Source of the DNA: Octopus sinensis
Lineage: Eukaryota
Direction of reading: 5' to 3'
Assembly: GCF_006345805.1 (NCBI RefSeq)
Contig: NW_021835864.1
Location: forward strand, 1-38,101
Length of the DNA: 38,101 nt
Made by a program: the position numbers and the translations under genes
The notes under the pieces: model-generated
The model's database searches: none
What the model saw: the letters and a program-made list of their open reading frames with translations, nothing else
Told to the model about the DNA's origin: nothing
Shown: positions 1 through 10,815 of the stretch, piece by piece
Layout of the letters: each line of letters begins with the position of its first letter
Numbering within the stretch: position 1 is the first letter of the stretch

Positions 1-244
1 TACATCGGAATCTGCACTTGGAAATACTACAGAAAGTATTTTTATATAAAGTACATGTCTGAAATAACCAAGAGTGGATCTCTTCACTCAGCTGGGTTGC
101 GTTGTTTGCACACTGGGCAGGAATATAAGGTGCAATACTCCTGCTGAGTTTTGATATTCAATATTCAATTAATATGGTTTGGATGTGAGGATTTACACAC
201 CTAACAAGATGCCTCAATTTAAGTACCTAATTCAACATAACCTT

Positions 245-252
245 AATATATT

Positions 253-311
<59 letters not shown>

Positions 312-523
312 ATATATATGTTATATGTAGTATTGTGTGTGTATATATGTATATATATACATATTATATATAATATATATATATATATAATATATATTAT
401 ATATATATTATATATATATATATATATATGCATATAGATTACGTATATATGTGTGTGGGTATATATATGTAATATATACATATATATATAATATATATAT
501 TATATAAATATATATACATATAG

Positions 524-563
<40 letters not shown>

Positions 564-691
564 CACATATAAACATGTATATACGTATATGTATATGTAT
601 ATACACAAATCTATAAATACTGACATTCATACATGTAGTATATATAGATATATATATTGATATACATATAGATAGATACTTACACACATTT

Positions 692-743
<52 letters not shown>

Positions 744-821
744 ATATATATCTATATGTATTATATATATGTATGTATAGTATATATACAGTTTGTATGT
801 CTGTTTAGTATGTATATATAT

Positions 822-863
<42 letters not shown>

Positions 864-890
864 TATGTAGTATGTATATATACACACAGA
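245..890. repeat. Degenerate (TA)n/(TATG)n/(CA)n microsatellite block; many similar blocks across the window (e.g. 5690-6175, 13590-13860, 16870-17020, 17840-18020, 18430-18590, 23060-24310 flanks, 31320-33420)
   Basis: Directly visible dinucleotide and tetranucleotide runs; they explain the YI/HT/CV-rich ORFs. Confidence 0.97.
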
Positions 891-1114
891 CACACATACA
901 CTACATAACTGTTTTCATTCCTGTGGTGAGCTGGTTGTGGAATGATTATAGAGTGATGGGGTGTGATGCAGGGTGAGGGCAAGCTGGTCGACTGACTCAT
1001 GCCACAAATATCAGAGAGAATCAACAGAGGTAATTAAAAACTTGGTAGATTGGAGAAATATTACCTGGGTATATGTTGGATACTATGTTTTGCTTGATTA
1101 TTTTTTCCTACCTG

Positions 1115-1531
1115 TTTGGAGAGGGAAAAGGAGGTGAGAAAAGGAGGACAGAGGTGGGAGAAAGGGAGGCGATTGGAGGGGAAGGAAAGAGAGTGAGGGG
1201 AGGGGGATAAAAGGAAATATAGGGAGAGGGGGAAGAGGGGAGTATGGGAGGGGGAGAGGGTGGAGAAAGAGAGGAAGAGGAAGAGTGGGGAAAGAGGGAA
1301 AGGAAAGAGAGAGGAGAGAAGAAGAAGAAAAGAAGAAGAAGAAAAAGAAGAAAAGAAGAAGAAAGGAAGAAGAAAAGAAGAAGAAGAAGATGATGATGAA
1401 CATAAAGAAGAGGATGAAGATAGGGAAGAAGGAGGAGGAGGAGGAGGAGGAGGAGGGAGAGAGGGAGGAGGAGGAAAGGAGAAGGAAGAGGTGGAGGACG
1501 AGGAGGAGGAGGAGGAGAAGAAGAAGAGGAA

Positions 1532-1566
<35 letters not shown>

Positions 1567-1587
1567 AGAAGAAGAAGAAGAAGAAGA
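1115..1587 (+). repeat. Polypurine tract with (GGA)n and (GAA)n arrays
   Basis: About 470 bp almost free of pyrimidines, ending in a near-perfect (GAA)n at ~1520-1587. Confidence 0.95.
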
Positions 1588-1946
1588 TGCCAGCTCCAGC
1601 TAGGATATGCAACCTTTAAGAGAATGAAATGAAAAGAATCACACACACACACACATGCATATATACACATGCACACACACTCACACACTCACACACACAC
1701 ACACATGTATAAGTATACACATTATGAGAGAAAATTCTAAGCTATAGGTGGGATGTGGGTTCATTTCTTGATGCTATCAAAATATTGTTTTTGCTTCTTA
1801 TTAAGTTCATGAAAATTTAGTGACAGATAAGAAACATATGTTAGATAAATCATATATCATGATTTACGTACATATGCACGCACATACATATACATACACA
1901 CATATATATGACTATATATATATGTGATATATATAATATATATCAG

Positions 1947-1990
<44 letters not shown>

Positions 1991-2483
1991 TATATATATA
2001 TATATATATATATAAATAAGTAGGTAGGTGTTCTATTTTCTATTTTATATATTTTGAGAAAATTTTACTTTTTTGTTTTATTTACGTCTTTATTTATTTT
2101 TCCGTATTATTGGTGGCATTTCATGGATGTGGTACCTCATTAGTTTATTATACTTGTACAATATATAAAAATAAAAACAAAATAAAAAATAAAAAAAAAT
2201 TGGTATCTATTTCAATATTGGTGGTTTCTCTTTTTCCTTTTTTACCGATTTTCTTTCCTTTTTTCTTCCTTTTTTTATTTTATTTGTGCATGAGAGTTTT
2301 TTTGTTAGTTTGTGTTTGTGTTTTTTTTTGTTTTTTTTTAACATGTCACTTTCAGATTGCTTTTGTTGTATTATTCATCTTGCTTATTAAATTTTGACTT
2401 ATTCTTGACTCCCATCTTGATTTATTTTTTTCCATTGCATCGTCTGACCTCATCACCCATCACAAATACATTTGTAGGAGGCA

Positions 2484-2596
2484 TTATTATTACTATTAAT
2501 ATTATTATCATTGTTATTATTATTATTATTATATAGTATTATTATTATATTATTATTATCATCATCATCTCACATCTTATTATTATTATTATTTTA

Positions 2597-2640
<44 letters not shown>

Positions 2641-2659
2641 TATTATCATATCATCATCA

Positions 2660-2716
<57 letters not shown>

Positions 2717-2722
2717 GTATTA
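2484..2722. repeat. (ATT)n trinucleotide array
   Basis: Direct inspection. Confidence 0.95.
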
Positions 2723-2727
2723 TTTTA

Positions 2728-2950
2728 TGGTTAGAAGTTTGCTTCCCAACCACAAGGTTTCAGGTTCTGTTGTACTGAGTAGTAACTTGGGCAAGTGTTT
2801 TCTGTTATAGTACTGGGTCAACCATAGCCTCGGGAGTAGATTTGGCTGGCAGAAACTGAAAGAATCCCATTATATATATATATATATATTAACAAAAGGT
2901 GGTGCTTTAGTTGGCCATAGTCGTCAAATGATTGCAATGTGTAAAAGAGT
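2728..2950 (+). mobile_element. tRNA-derived SINE, family A (degenerate, internally deleted)
   Basis: Head 'tggttagaagtttgcttcccaaccacaagg', then 'cttgggcaagtgt...gaaactgaaagaa', then a tail remnant; matches other family A copies in the window. Confidence 0.75.
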
Positions 2951-2974
2951 AATATATATATACACACATACATA

Positions 2975-3184
2975 CAGGGTGGCTCAAAAGTAGGTCCATA
3001 GTTATTCAACTATCTCTTTTCATATTCTATATTAAAAGTTTAGATCTTAATTATAAAAAATATGAAACCCTTATTCTAAGCTAATTTAGTTAATCGTAAG
3101 ATAGAAATACAAATGTAATAAAATGTTTGCCAAAAAATTAAAGTGCCAATGTGATAACTGAAAACCTACCTTTGGGTCACCTTG
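2975..3184. mobile_element. Tc1/mariner-type MITE (~210 bp)
   Basis: TA|CAGGGTGGCTCAAAAGTAGGT ... ACCTACCTTTGGGTCACCTTG|TA: 21-bp terminal inverted repeats (4 mismatches) flanked by TA. Confidence 0.8.
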
Positions 3185-3223
3185 TATATATATAAATATA
3201 TGCATTTATATATATGGTATATA

Positions 3224-3298
<75 letters not shown>

Positions 3299-3351
3299 CT
3301 ATTTATATATATATATATATATGTATATATATTATGTGTGTGTGTTTATGA

Positions 3352-3434
3352 GGGACGTAAACACACCAACATCAGCTCTCAAGCAATGGTAGGGGATAAC
3401 ACAGACACACAAATGCATGCTACAATACATACAT

Positions 3435-3473
<39 letters not shown>

Positions 3474-3645
3474 ATATATACATACGACGGGCTTCTGTCA
3501 GTTTCCAGCAACCAAATTCACTCACAAGGTTTTGGTCAGCCCGAGGCTATAGTAGAAAACACTTGCCCAAGTTTGCACGCAGTAGGACTGAACCCAGAAC
3601 CACGTGGTCTGACAGCAAGCTTCTTACCACCAGCCACTCCTGCAC
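3352..3645 (-). mobile_element. SINE family A, tail missing
   Basis: Reverse complement gives GTGCAGGAGTGGCTGGTGGTAAGAAGCTTGC...TTGGGCAAGTG...CGTCG-(TA)n-TGTGTCTGTG...GTTTACGTCCC. Confidence 0.9.
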
Positions 3646-3721
3646 AATTGTATATTATATACATAATATAAGATACATATATAATACAATATTTACTATA
3701 TGTATATAATAGATTATATTC

Positions 3722-4890
3722 TTTTATTTTTTTTTATACATTTCAGCCCTAAAGCTGTGGCTATGCTTGAGCAGTGCCAGTGTAAACACCGTTTCAATGG
3801 CCAATCTTATTGGCATTTGGTGAAGGAGGGTGTTTGATACTGCTGCCCTCTGTTGGTTTATCTGGGACCTTTGATAGCAGGAAGTCAAGTTATTTTTTGA
3901 AAACATCAACCCTCACTCCATGAAAATCCCTCAGATGTTTTGGGAAGGCGTTAAATAGCCGAGGACCCTTGAAACCCAAACTCTTGCAATACATTGTCCT
4001 CTGTCTAGATGAGATAGCTGAGACCGTTTGACCAGTGCAGTGATGACCAGTTTGGTGCCATCCTCTCCAGAATCTTCTATTCATATATCACTGCATTTCT
4101 TTCTGGTCTTCACTCCAAGGAGTAGAGTCATAACTTTTTCAGTCTCCCCAAGTAGCACAGCCATTCCACTGATGAAATCTTCCTGGTGTAGCCACCACTG
4201 ATGTGCCTCAAGTTCTGCTATCAATTTGATATTGTAAGGTGACCACAGCTGAGAGCAGTAGTCCAGACAGCTGAGTACAAATGTTCTCCATAAAACCAGC
4301 ATAGTTTCCTAAACCCTTGATCTGAAGCTTTTCAGAATCCAGCAAGCCATTTGCCAGCACATTGCCACCATCCTGACAATATGTACCTGAAATGAGACAT
4401 CGTTGTTCACATTAATCCCAGATCAAGCACTGTACATGACTCTGGGATTGTTGTTCCTTTTGGTCTAAAGTATCATTGTTGCAGTTTGTGAGCACCCCTT
4501 ATCTGGTAGCAGAGAGCTTGGAATTTACCTGCTTTAAATTAAATTTTGTGGAGGCACGTAGCTTAGTGGTTAGGGTGTTGAACTCATGATTGTAAGGTTG
4601 TGGTTCCGATTCCTGGACCGGGCTATGCGTTGTATTCTTGAGCAAAACACTTTATTTTCCTGTTGCTCCAGTCCACTCAGCTGGCAAAAATGAGTAATCC
4701 TGCGATGGACCGGCGTCCCGTCCAGGTGGGGAATTTCTATGCCATTGAAACTAGGAAACTGGCTCTTATGAGCCTGGCATGGCTCAAGAAGGAGCATTTT
4801 AAAAAAAGATTGAATGCTGTTTTCTTCAGCCCATTTATATGTATATATATATATGTTGCTTACCTTCAAATTGGACTATATCTAAGTTCT
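3722..4890 (-). mobile_element. L2/CR1-clade LINE, 3' fragment (RT C-terminus plus 3' end), interrupted by a SINE
   Basis: Minus-strand translation with frameshifts: YKWAEENSIQ / FN..KFQAL / DLGINVNNDVSFQVHI..WILKSFRSR.ETMLVLWRTFVLSCLDYCSQLWSPY / GPRLFNAFPKHLR..VFKK*LDFLLSKVPDKP. These are typical L2/CR1/Jockey-group ORF2 C-terminal motifs. Confidence 0.88.
4548..4807 (+). mobile_element. tRNA-derived SINE, family B
   Basis: A-box-like TAGCTTAGTGG and B-box-like GGTTCCGATTCC, core CTCCAGTCCACTCAGCTGGCAAAAATGAGT, then GCGATGGACCGGCGTCCCGTCCAGG, A-rich end. Confidence 0.88.
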
Positions 4891-5070
4891 GAGCTTAATC
4901 ACTAATTAAGCTTAAATCAAAACAAAAGACATGAAAAAGTTACAAAAACGATTTACTTACGTGGATTATCTTCCCTAGAAATTATGTCATCACACTCCCT
5001 TGTTGAAGTTTTACATATGAGCAAAATTTTAAAAGGTAAAGTCAGGTGTAACCTCACCAACCAGTCTTAC

Positions 5071-5079
5071 CTGAGCCAT
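5071..5079 (-). other. Candidate 9-nt micro-exon (ATGGCTCAG)
   Basis: Minus strand reads ...catcttcatttatgattttag|ATGGCTCAG|gtaaga. Splice signals only, no homology support. Confidence 0.3.
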
Positions 5080-5880
5080 CTAAAATCATAAATGAAGATG
5101 ATCAAAGAATGCTTTCAACTGATGTATCTAATCAACAGCCTTAACTTTATTGTGAAAATTTAAAGCAAAATCTCTCCAAAGTCTCAGAAGACTTCTAAGA
5201 ACTGATGCTTATCTTTGGTTTCATGGGATTATGGTAAATATTTCCTTGCATAAACGAAATACTTAAATCTTCATCCACCTGCATGAGCTACCTGTGGATG
5301 TGACATAATAACAAACATTCATAGCAAAGAAGTAAAAAATTGTAGACAGAGTCAATGTGGGATATAGCTAAGGGATATGTGTGTGGTGTGTGTATATGTA
5401 TATATGTATGTATGTATGCATGTATGTATGTATGTCTGTATGTATGTATGTATGTATGTATGTGTGTATGTATGCATGAATATATATATACACAATTATA
5501 AATTTGGGTATACAAGATACCACCATGCTGAAAATAGCAGCCATGATCTAACTCTAAAACTACCTTAATTGTTCATATATCAACACGGTCAGCATGCTGA
5601 CCACTTGATAAAATCATTATTTCATTTTTAAATTAACGATCTCATCCTTATTTATATAAATTTATATATATATACATATATATATATGTATGTACATATA
5701 CATGTATGTATGTATCTCTCTCACGTTGCCTGTCTGTCTGTCTCTCTCTCTATATATATATGTATATATGTATATATGTATAAATACACACACATATATA
5801 AATGAATAAGTATATACATATATACATACAAGTATACATATATATATATACATATGTATGTGTATATATACATATAAATG

Positions 5881-5911
<31 letters not shown>

Positions 5912-7011
5912 TGTACAAATATATATGCATTTATATATACACATAAGAGTATATACACACAACACTATCTCTTTCTCTCCCTCTCTCCCCTCTCTCTGCA
6001 TGTATATGTGTGTATATGTATGTATATTACACATGCATGCATGTATGTATATATATTACTTATTTATGTGTGTGTGCATATATATATTTATATATATATA
6101 TGTATGTATGTATATATATGTTTGTGTATATATGTATATTGATATGTGTGTGTATATATAAATATTTATATATACATATTGAAAGAGAGAGAAAGGGGAG
6201 ATCGAGAAGGAGAGAGAGAGAAAGGGGAAAGAGAGATCAAATTCTAAGTTAAGCATACACTTGACAGTCATGTCCAGGAAGGTAGGTTTATACTGACACA
6301 TAAAAGTCAATGATGCATGATGTTCCAGTCAAATCACCTTATCCGCAAGTCACACTGACATGTCTCTTACTGTCTCTTCCTCCCATCACTCTGCTTTTCT
6401 TCTATATTTCTCTTCTATCTCCTTCTTATTCTGGTTTTTGTCCATCACTCTCCCTCTTCTACCAGTTACTTTTGGATATGTGACTTTTATTCAATTACCT
6501 TACCAACAACCATCATGTAACTGCCTATGAACTCCACTCTCTGTATATATATCTGTCAGTCTCTCTCTCTTTCTCTCTTGTATTATCTTTACTCTGTCAA
6601 TGCATTTCTCCTATCATTTTTGTCCCCCCATTGCCATTACTCTTTCTTCTTTCACGTTTTTGCTCTAGTTCACTTTGTAGCAAGTAGTGTTGGAGAAAAT
6701 AAAGAAAAATAAGGAATGACAACCATGTGAGATTCTCTTCAACTTAATGGTGACAAGACAGTGAACAATTAAGCAGAAACATCGTAGAGTGGTGATCATT
6801 AGACATATTTGAAACTAGGGAACATGCCTAGATATGGTTCCATGATAAGATGCATCTAGTATACTCTGCAAAATAGTTGGATCCAAAAATTCCAATGTTT
6901 AGGCAAGACGTGATTCCCAGCTTGTCTAGGAGAGCAAGGACTTGTAATTAGATCCCACTCAGATAGTAATACTACATCCAAATTATTCCAGTGTTGAGAA
7001 AAGGACACAAA

Positions 7012-7320
7012 ATTATTATTATTATTATCTTTGCCTTGCACAGCTTCTAATGCTGGAAATATACTACTGTATCAGCTGTTCATTACCAGTGAACTAAGGT
7101 AACACCTCTTATTTTTCGAGGACCTTCCGGAGTATTCGAGTGGTTCCAAGCAGTGCTGTTTTCTGCAAGTGCTCCACCCTTATCGCAGCCCCTATTTGTT
7201 CCATGTACTTCTTGAGATTTTTGCTCACTATTCTCAGGGCTCCAACAGTTATTGGTACTACTGCTACCTTTTTCATCGACCACAATTGCTTAACCTCCCA
7301 AGCTAACCTGTCATATCTCT
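7012..7320 (-). mobile_element. R4/Dong-clade non-LTR retrotransposon 3' end (REL-domain C-terminus, 3'UTR, (TAA)n tail)
   Basis: Minus translation RYDRLAWEVKQLWSMKKVAVVPITVGALRIVSKNLKKYMEQIGAAIRVEHLQKTALLGTTRILRKVLEK*, followed by a short UTR and (TAA)n. Confidence 0.85.
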
Positions 7321-7324
7321 TATT

Positions 7325-7800
7325 TGTAACTGTAAGTTATCAGTTTTACTACTCAGAATAATTTATCCAATAGTTTTGAGACTTTCATTCCTAATTTCCC
7401 TCATTACATTGTCAACTCATACCAATGTTGCTTTACCTGCTTACCTGTAGTTCAATACAAAAATGATGACCAGCCACATTTCTGTATTATCTCCAATGTT
7501 CCTAACTGTCACCCTTGTACTTATCTGTCCCTTTTAGTGGGGCACAAGTGTATGCATTGAGGTATAGCCAGTTTTTTCAGTTTGTGTTTTGGTTGAGCTT
7601 TTGTTCTTGAAAGTGCAGCTGACAGTACCATAAGACTTTCTTCTTTTGACTAAGAGAATTTCTCCTGAAATTTCCTTCAGTGCCTCTTCTATTGCTGTTC
7701 TGATGGTTATTGGAAAAAGCTGTCATCTTTTTTTAAAACTGGGGTGCATTATTTTTTTCTTCGTTGTCTTGTTTTACAAAATTCTCCCAATTAATTTTTT
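7325..7800 (-). mobile_element. Degenerate A-rich coding remnant, possibly LINE ORF1-like
   Basis: Broken minus frames FPITIRTAIEEALKEISGEILLVKRRKSYGTVSCTFK... and RVTVRNIGDNTEMWL; strand bias typical of LINEs; family not recognised. Confidence 0.3.
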
Positions 7801-9200
7801 TCGGTAACAGTGTTAATTCCAAACATTTTGCTTGTGTCATGACTAACAGAAAACTATCTTAGCACAGTTACTATATAGGTGGTTTAGTTTGTTTGTCTTT
7901 TCATAAATGTTGATGATGCTATTATCATTATTTTAAAATTATTTGTTAGACTGTTCGAAATATTTTTTCTGTTATTAGTTGTTCATTAAAATGTTCATTA
8001 TTTTTGTTTTGTACATTCTATAAATGCAATTCGTTTTTGTGCTCTATTTTTCGTTTTATGTATTATACTTTGCTTTAAATGGTGGGTGTGTTTGGTGGAT
8101 ATATTGGTTGTAAATTTGAATGTGCAAGCACATAAAAGAAGATATGTAAAAACAAATATTTTTTGCCTACCCGGGGTAGCAGAGGAAGGTCATTCTCATA
8201 TTACTTTTTGGCAAGTACTCCAAAGAAATTTTCGAACAATAATATAAAGTTTTGCTGGAAAATCATACACATCTACCTGGAATCAAGCAGAACGTGCACA
8301 TAGTGGCCCATCGAATATTTATTTGTGGAATTTTATTTACACATTCCACCTCTGTCATCAAGGCCGTTCTTAGCTCTGACAATGCCGACTTTGCGTTCTA
8401 TGTCAGAGGAATGGTCGAGCAAAATTTTTGCCTCTGGTACATTGGTTGAGATGCATTTTCTCATTGCCACTTTTAATCTGCTCAGTTCTCCCCTCCAAAT
8501 CTAATCTATTGTTTTGTATCGCTAATTCTTTGCTATATTCCATCGATTATAATGTCTCTCTCTCTCTCTCAGTATGTATAGGAATATGTGTTTATATATA
8601 TATATATGTGTGTGTGGGGTGTGTGAGTGTGTGTTTGTGTGTGTGTGTATGCATGTGCAAATGGATGTCTGTATATGTACTTGTGTGTGCATGCAGGCAT
8701 GCATGTCCATACGTGTGTGTGTGTGTGTGTGATTATTTATGATGTTCATCTATTAAAAGCCAAAGCAATTATTAAAAGATTTTTGCCTCATCTCATCAAA
8801 TGTAACTGTAGAAAATTTCTCTGTGTTTTTGTTCTTAAACAATGCCTTCTTCTCAGCATTGTCTGCTTTGTTCTAGAACAAAGAGTTTGGCAATAAGACT
8901 TGCAGGTTATATGGAAAGGCCATCAAAATTCCAGTGGAAGTGAGGAATACTTGAGGAAGTAGTATCGGATTTTTTCTCCCTACCTACCCTCTCTCCCCCC
9001 TCTTTCTATCAATCTTTTCTCTCTCTCTCTCTCTCTTTCTGTCTTTCTTTACAATTATATATATATTATATATATATCTTTATCTCTCTCTCTCTTTTTC
9101 TCTTTCTTTATTTCTCTCCCTTTCTACCTGTGAAGCATTCATTAGGCCACTTGTAACTCAGTTGTTTTGAAGAAAGATGTGTGTTTCATTCTTTTTCACA

Positions 9201-9233
<33 letters not shown>

Positions 9234-9320
9234 GTAATGATGATAAGCAAGATGTTTAAGCTTGCAATATAAAGAAAATGATTATGAATAGAAAACAAAG
9301 TATATGTATGTGTGTTCAGG

Positions 9321-9362
<42 letters not shown>

Positions 9363-9462
9363 CACACACACCACACACACACACACACATATAATATATA
9401 TTTATATATATATGCATACTCACACACATACAATATATAGTATATATATACATATATATATA

Positions 9463-9502
<40 letters not shown>

Positions 9503-9528
9503 TATAAGATATATATATATATATATAT

Positions 9529-9567
<39 letters not shown>

Positions 9568-9582
9568 ATATATACATATATA

Positions 9583-9795
9583 TTGATTCAAAATGTGACC
9601 GCGGCTGTGTACCGTTGGCGATTTTTTTTCCTCTGTCTTCCCTTCTCTGGATCTTCCTTCTCCTATGTTTCCGACGAAGAGCTCCGCTCGAAACGTTAAA
9701 CCATCCTTCTTTCCTGAGCATACAATAATACTATATTTGTTCCACGTCCTTGTGTTGTTGTGTTTTTTTTTGTGCTTTCTTGTTTGGATTAACTT
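9583..9795 (+). mobile_element. Short non-coding element carrying a hammerhead-like motif (Penelope-like/retrozyme-type remnant)
   Basis: ~210-bp non-microsatellite island between TA runs containing HHR motif 1. Confidence 0.55.
9667..9701 (+). ncRNA. Minimal type-I hammerhead ribozyme-like motif 1 (core CCGACGA)
   Basis: GTTT-CCGACGA-A-GAGC(TCC)GCTC-GAAA-CGT-T-AAAC: stem I GTTT/AAAC, stem II GAGC/GCTC, palindromic ACGT stem III. Confidence 0.65.
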
Positions 9796-9877
9796 TATAT
9801 ATACATATATATACATGCATACACACATATACCACACACTGTCATACATATTTGTATATGCACATACATACATATAT

Positions 9878-10218
9878 AGCATAAGTGTGGCTGTGTGGCA
9901 AGAAGTTTGCTTCCTAATCACATGGTTCCGGGTTCAGTCCCACTGCGGGGCATCTTGGGCAAGTGCCTTCTGCTACAGCCTTGTACTGACCAAACCCTCG
10001 TTAGTGGATTTGGTTGAAGGAAACTGCAAGAATCCTGTCACATAAATGTGTGTGTGTGTGTGCACATGTGAGTGTGTGTCTGTGTTTGTTGCTGTTCACC
10101 ACATGACAACTGGTGTTGGTGTGTTTACTTAGCAGTTCAGCAAAGAGACTGATAGAATAAGTACCATGAGGTAGTACCCCAGCATGGCCACAGTCTAATG
10201 ACTGAAATACTTAAAAGA
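9878..10218 (+). mobile_element. SINE family A
   Basis: Head GTGGCTGTGTGGCAAGAAGTTTGC, B-box-like GGTTCAGTCC, internal (TG)n, tail CCCCAGCATGGCCACAGTCTAATGACTGAAA. Confidence 0.9.
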
Positions 10219-10239
10219 TGGAAGATTAAAGGAAGATAT

Positions 10240-10455
10240 TGATATTTCGGTATGGTCATTTCTTTCTTTCTTTTTTTTTTGCCAAATAAACACACACACT
10301 ATCTATTTAGGAATGAGAACCAAAACACTTGATGAAGGCTGGAGGGTATATCAGCTGAAACGTTGTGTTAACAACAAACAAGATGAGGACGAATATCCAT
10401 CAAATGTAAATAATGTAAATAATGTACATAATTCTTCATCTCTTAAATATAGAAC
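10240..10455 (+). mobile_element. Second short element carrying a hammerhead-like motif (Penelope-like/retrozyme-type remnant)
   Basis: Island containing HHR motif 2, followed by a tandem (AATGTAAAT) stretch. Confidence 0.5.
10324..10369 (+). ncRNA. Minimal type-I hammerhead ribozyme-like motif 2 (core TTGATGA)
   Basis: AACAC-TTGATGA-A-GGCTG...CAGCT-GAAA-CGT-T-GTGTT: stem I AACAC/GTGTT, stem II GGCTG/CAGCT. Confidence 0.65.
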
Positions 10456-10499
10456 TATACATATATTACTGTTGTTATTCTAATTCATGTTCATTATGC

Positions 10500-10815
10500 T
10501 TTTACTCTCTTCATTATTTCAGTCATTTGACTGTGGCCATGCTGCAGCACCACCTTTAGTTGAACAAATCGACCCCAGGACTTATTCTTTGTAAGCCGAG
10601 TACTTATTCTATCAGTCTCTTTTGCTGAACTGCTAAGTTACAGGAGATGTAAACACACCAGCATCAGTTGTCAAGTGATGTTGGGAGGACAAACACAGAC
10701 ACACAAACACATACACACACATACATATGCATATATATACATATATGATGGGCTTCTTTCAGTTTCTGTCTCCCAAATCCACTCACAAGGCTTTGGTCGG
10801 CCTGACGCTTATAGT
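10500..10815 (-). mobile_element. SINE family A, 5'-truncated
   Basis: Complete tail and linker; the head is lost at the junction with the mariner element. Confidence 0.92.

Noticed and set aside
1-150. YIG-starting frame suggesting a GIY-YIG endonuclease
   Set aside because: No other conserved residues visible, and truncated by the window edge.
1260-1632. E/K/R/G-rich plus-strand ORFs
   Set aside because: Artefact of the polypurine tract; purine-only sequence contains no stops.
5587-5602. Perfect 16-bp palindrome GGTCAGCATGCTGACC (nuclear-receptor half-site look-alike)
   Set aside because: About one such palindrome is expected by chance in 38 kb, and there is no supporting context.
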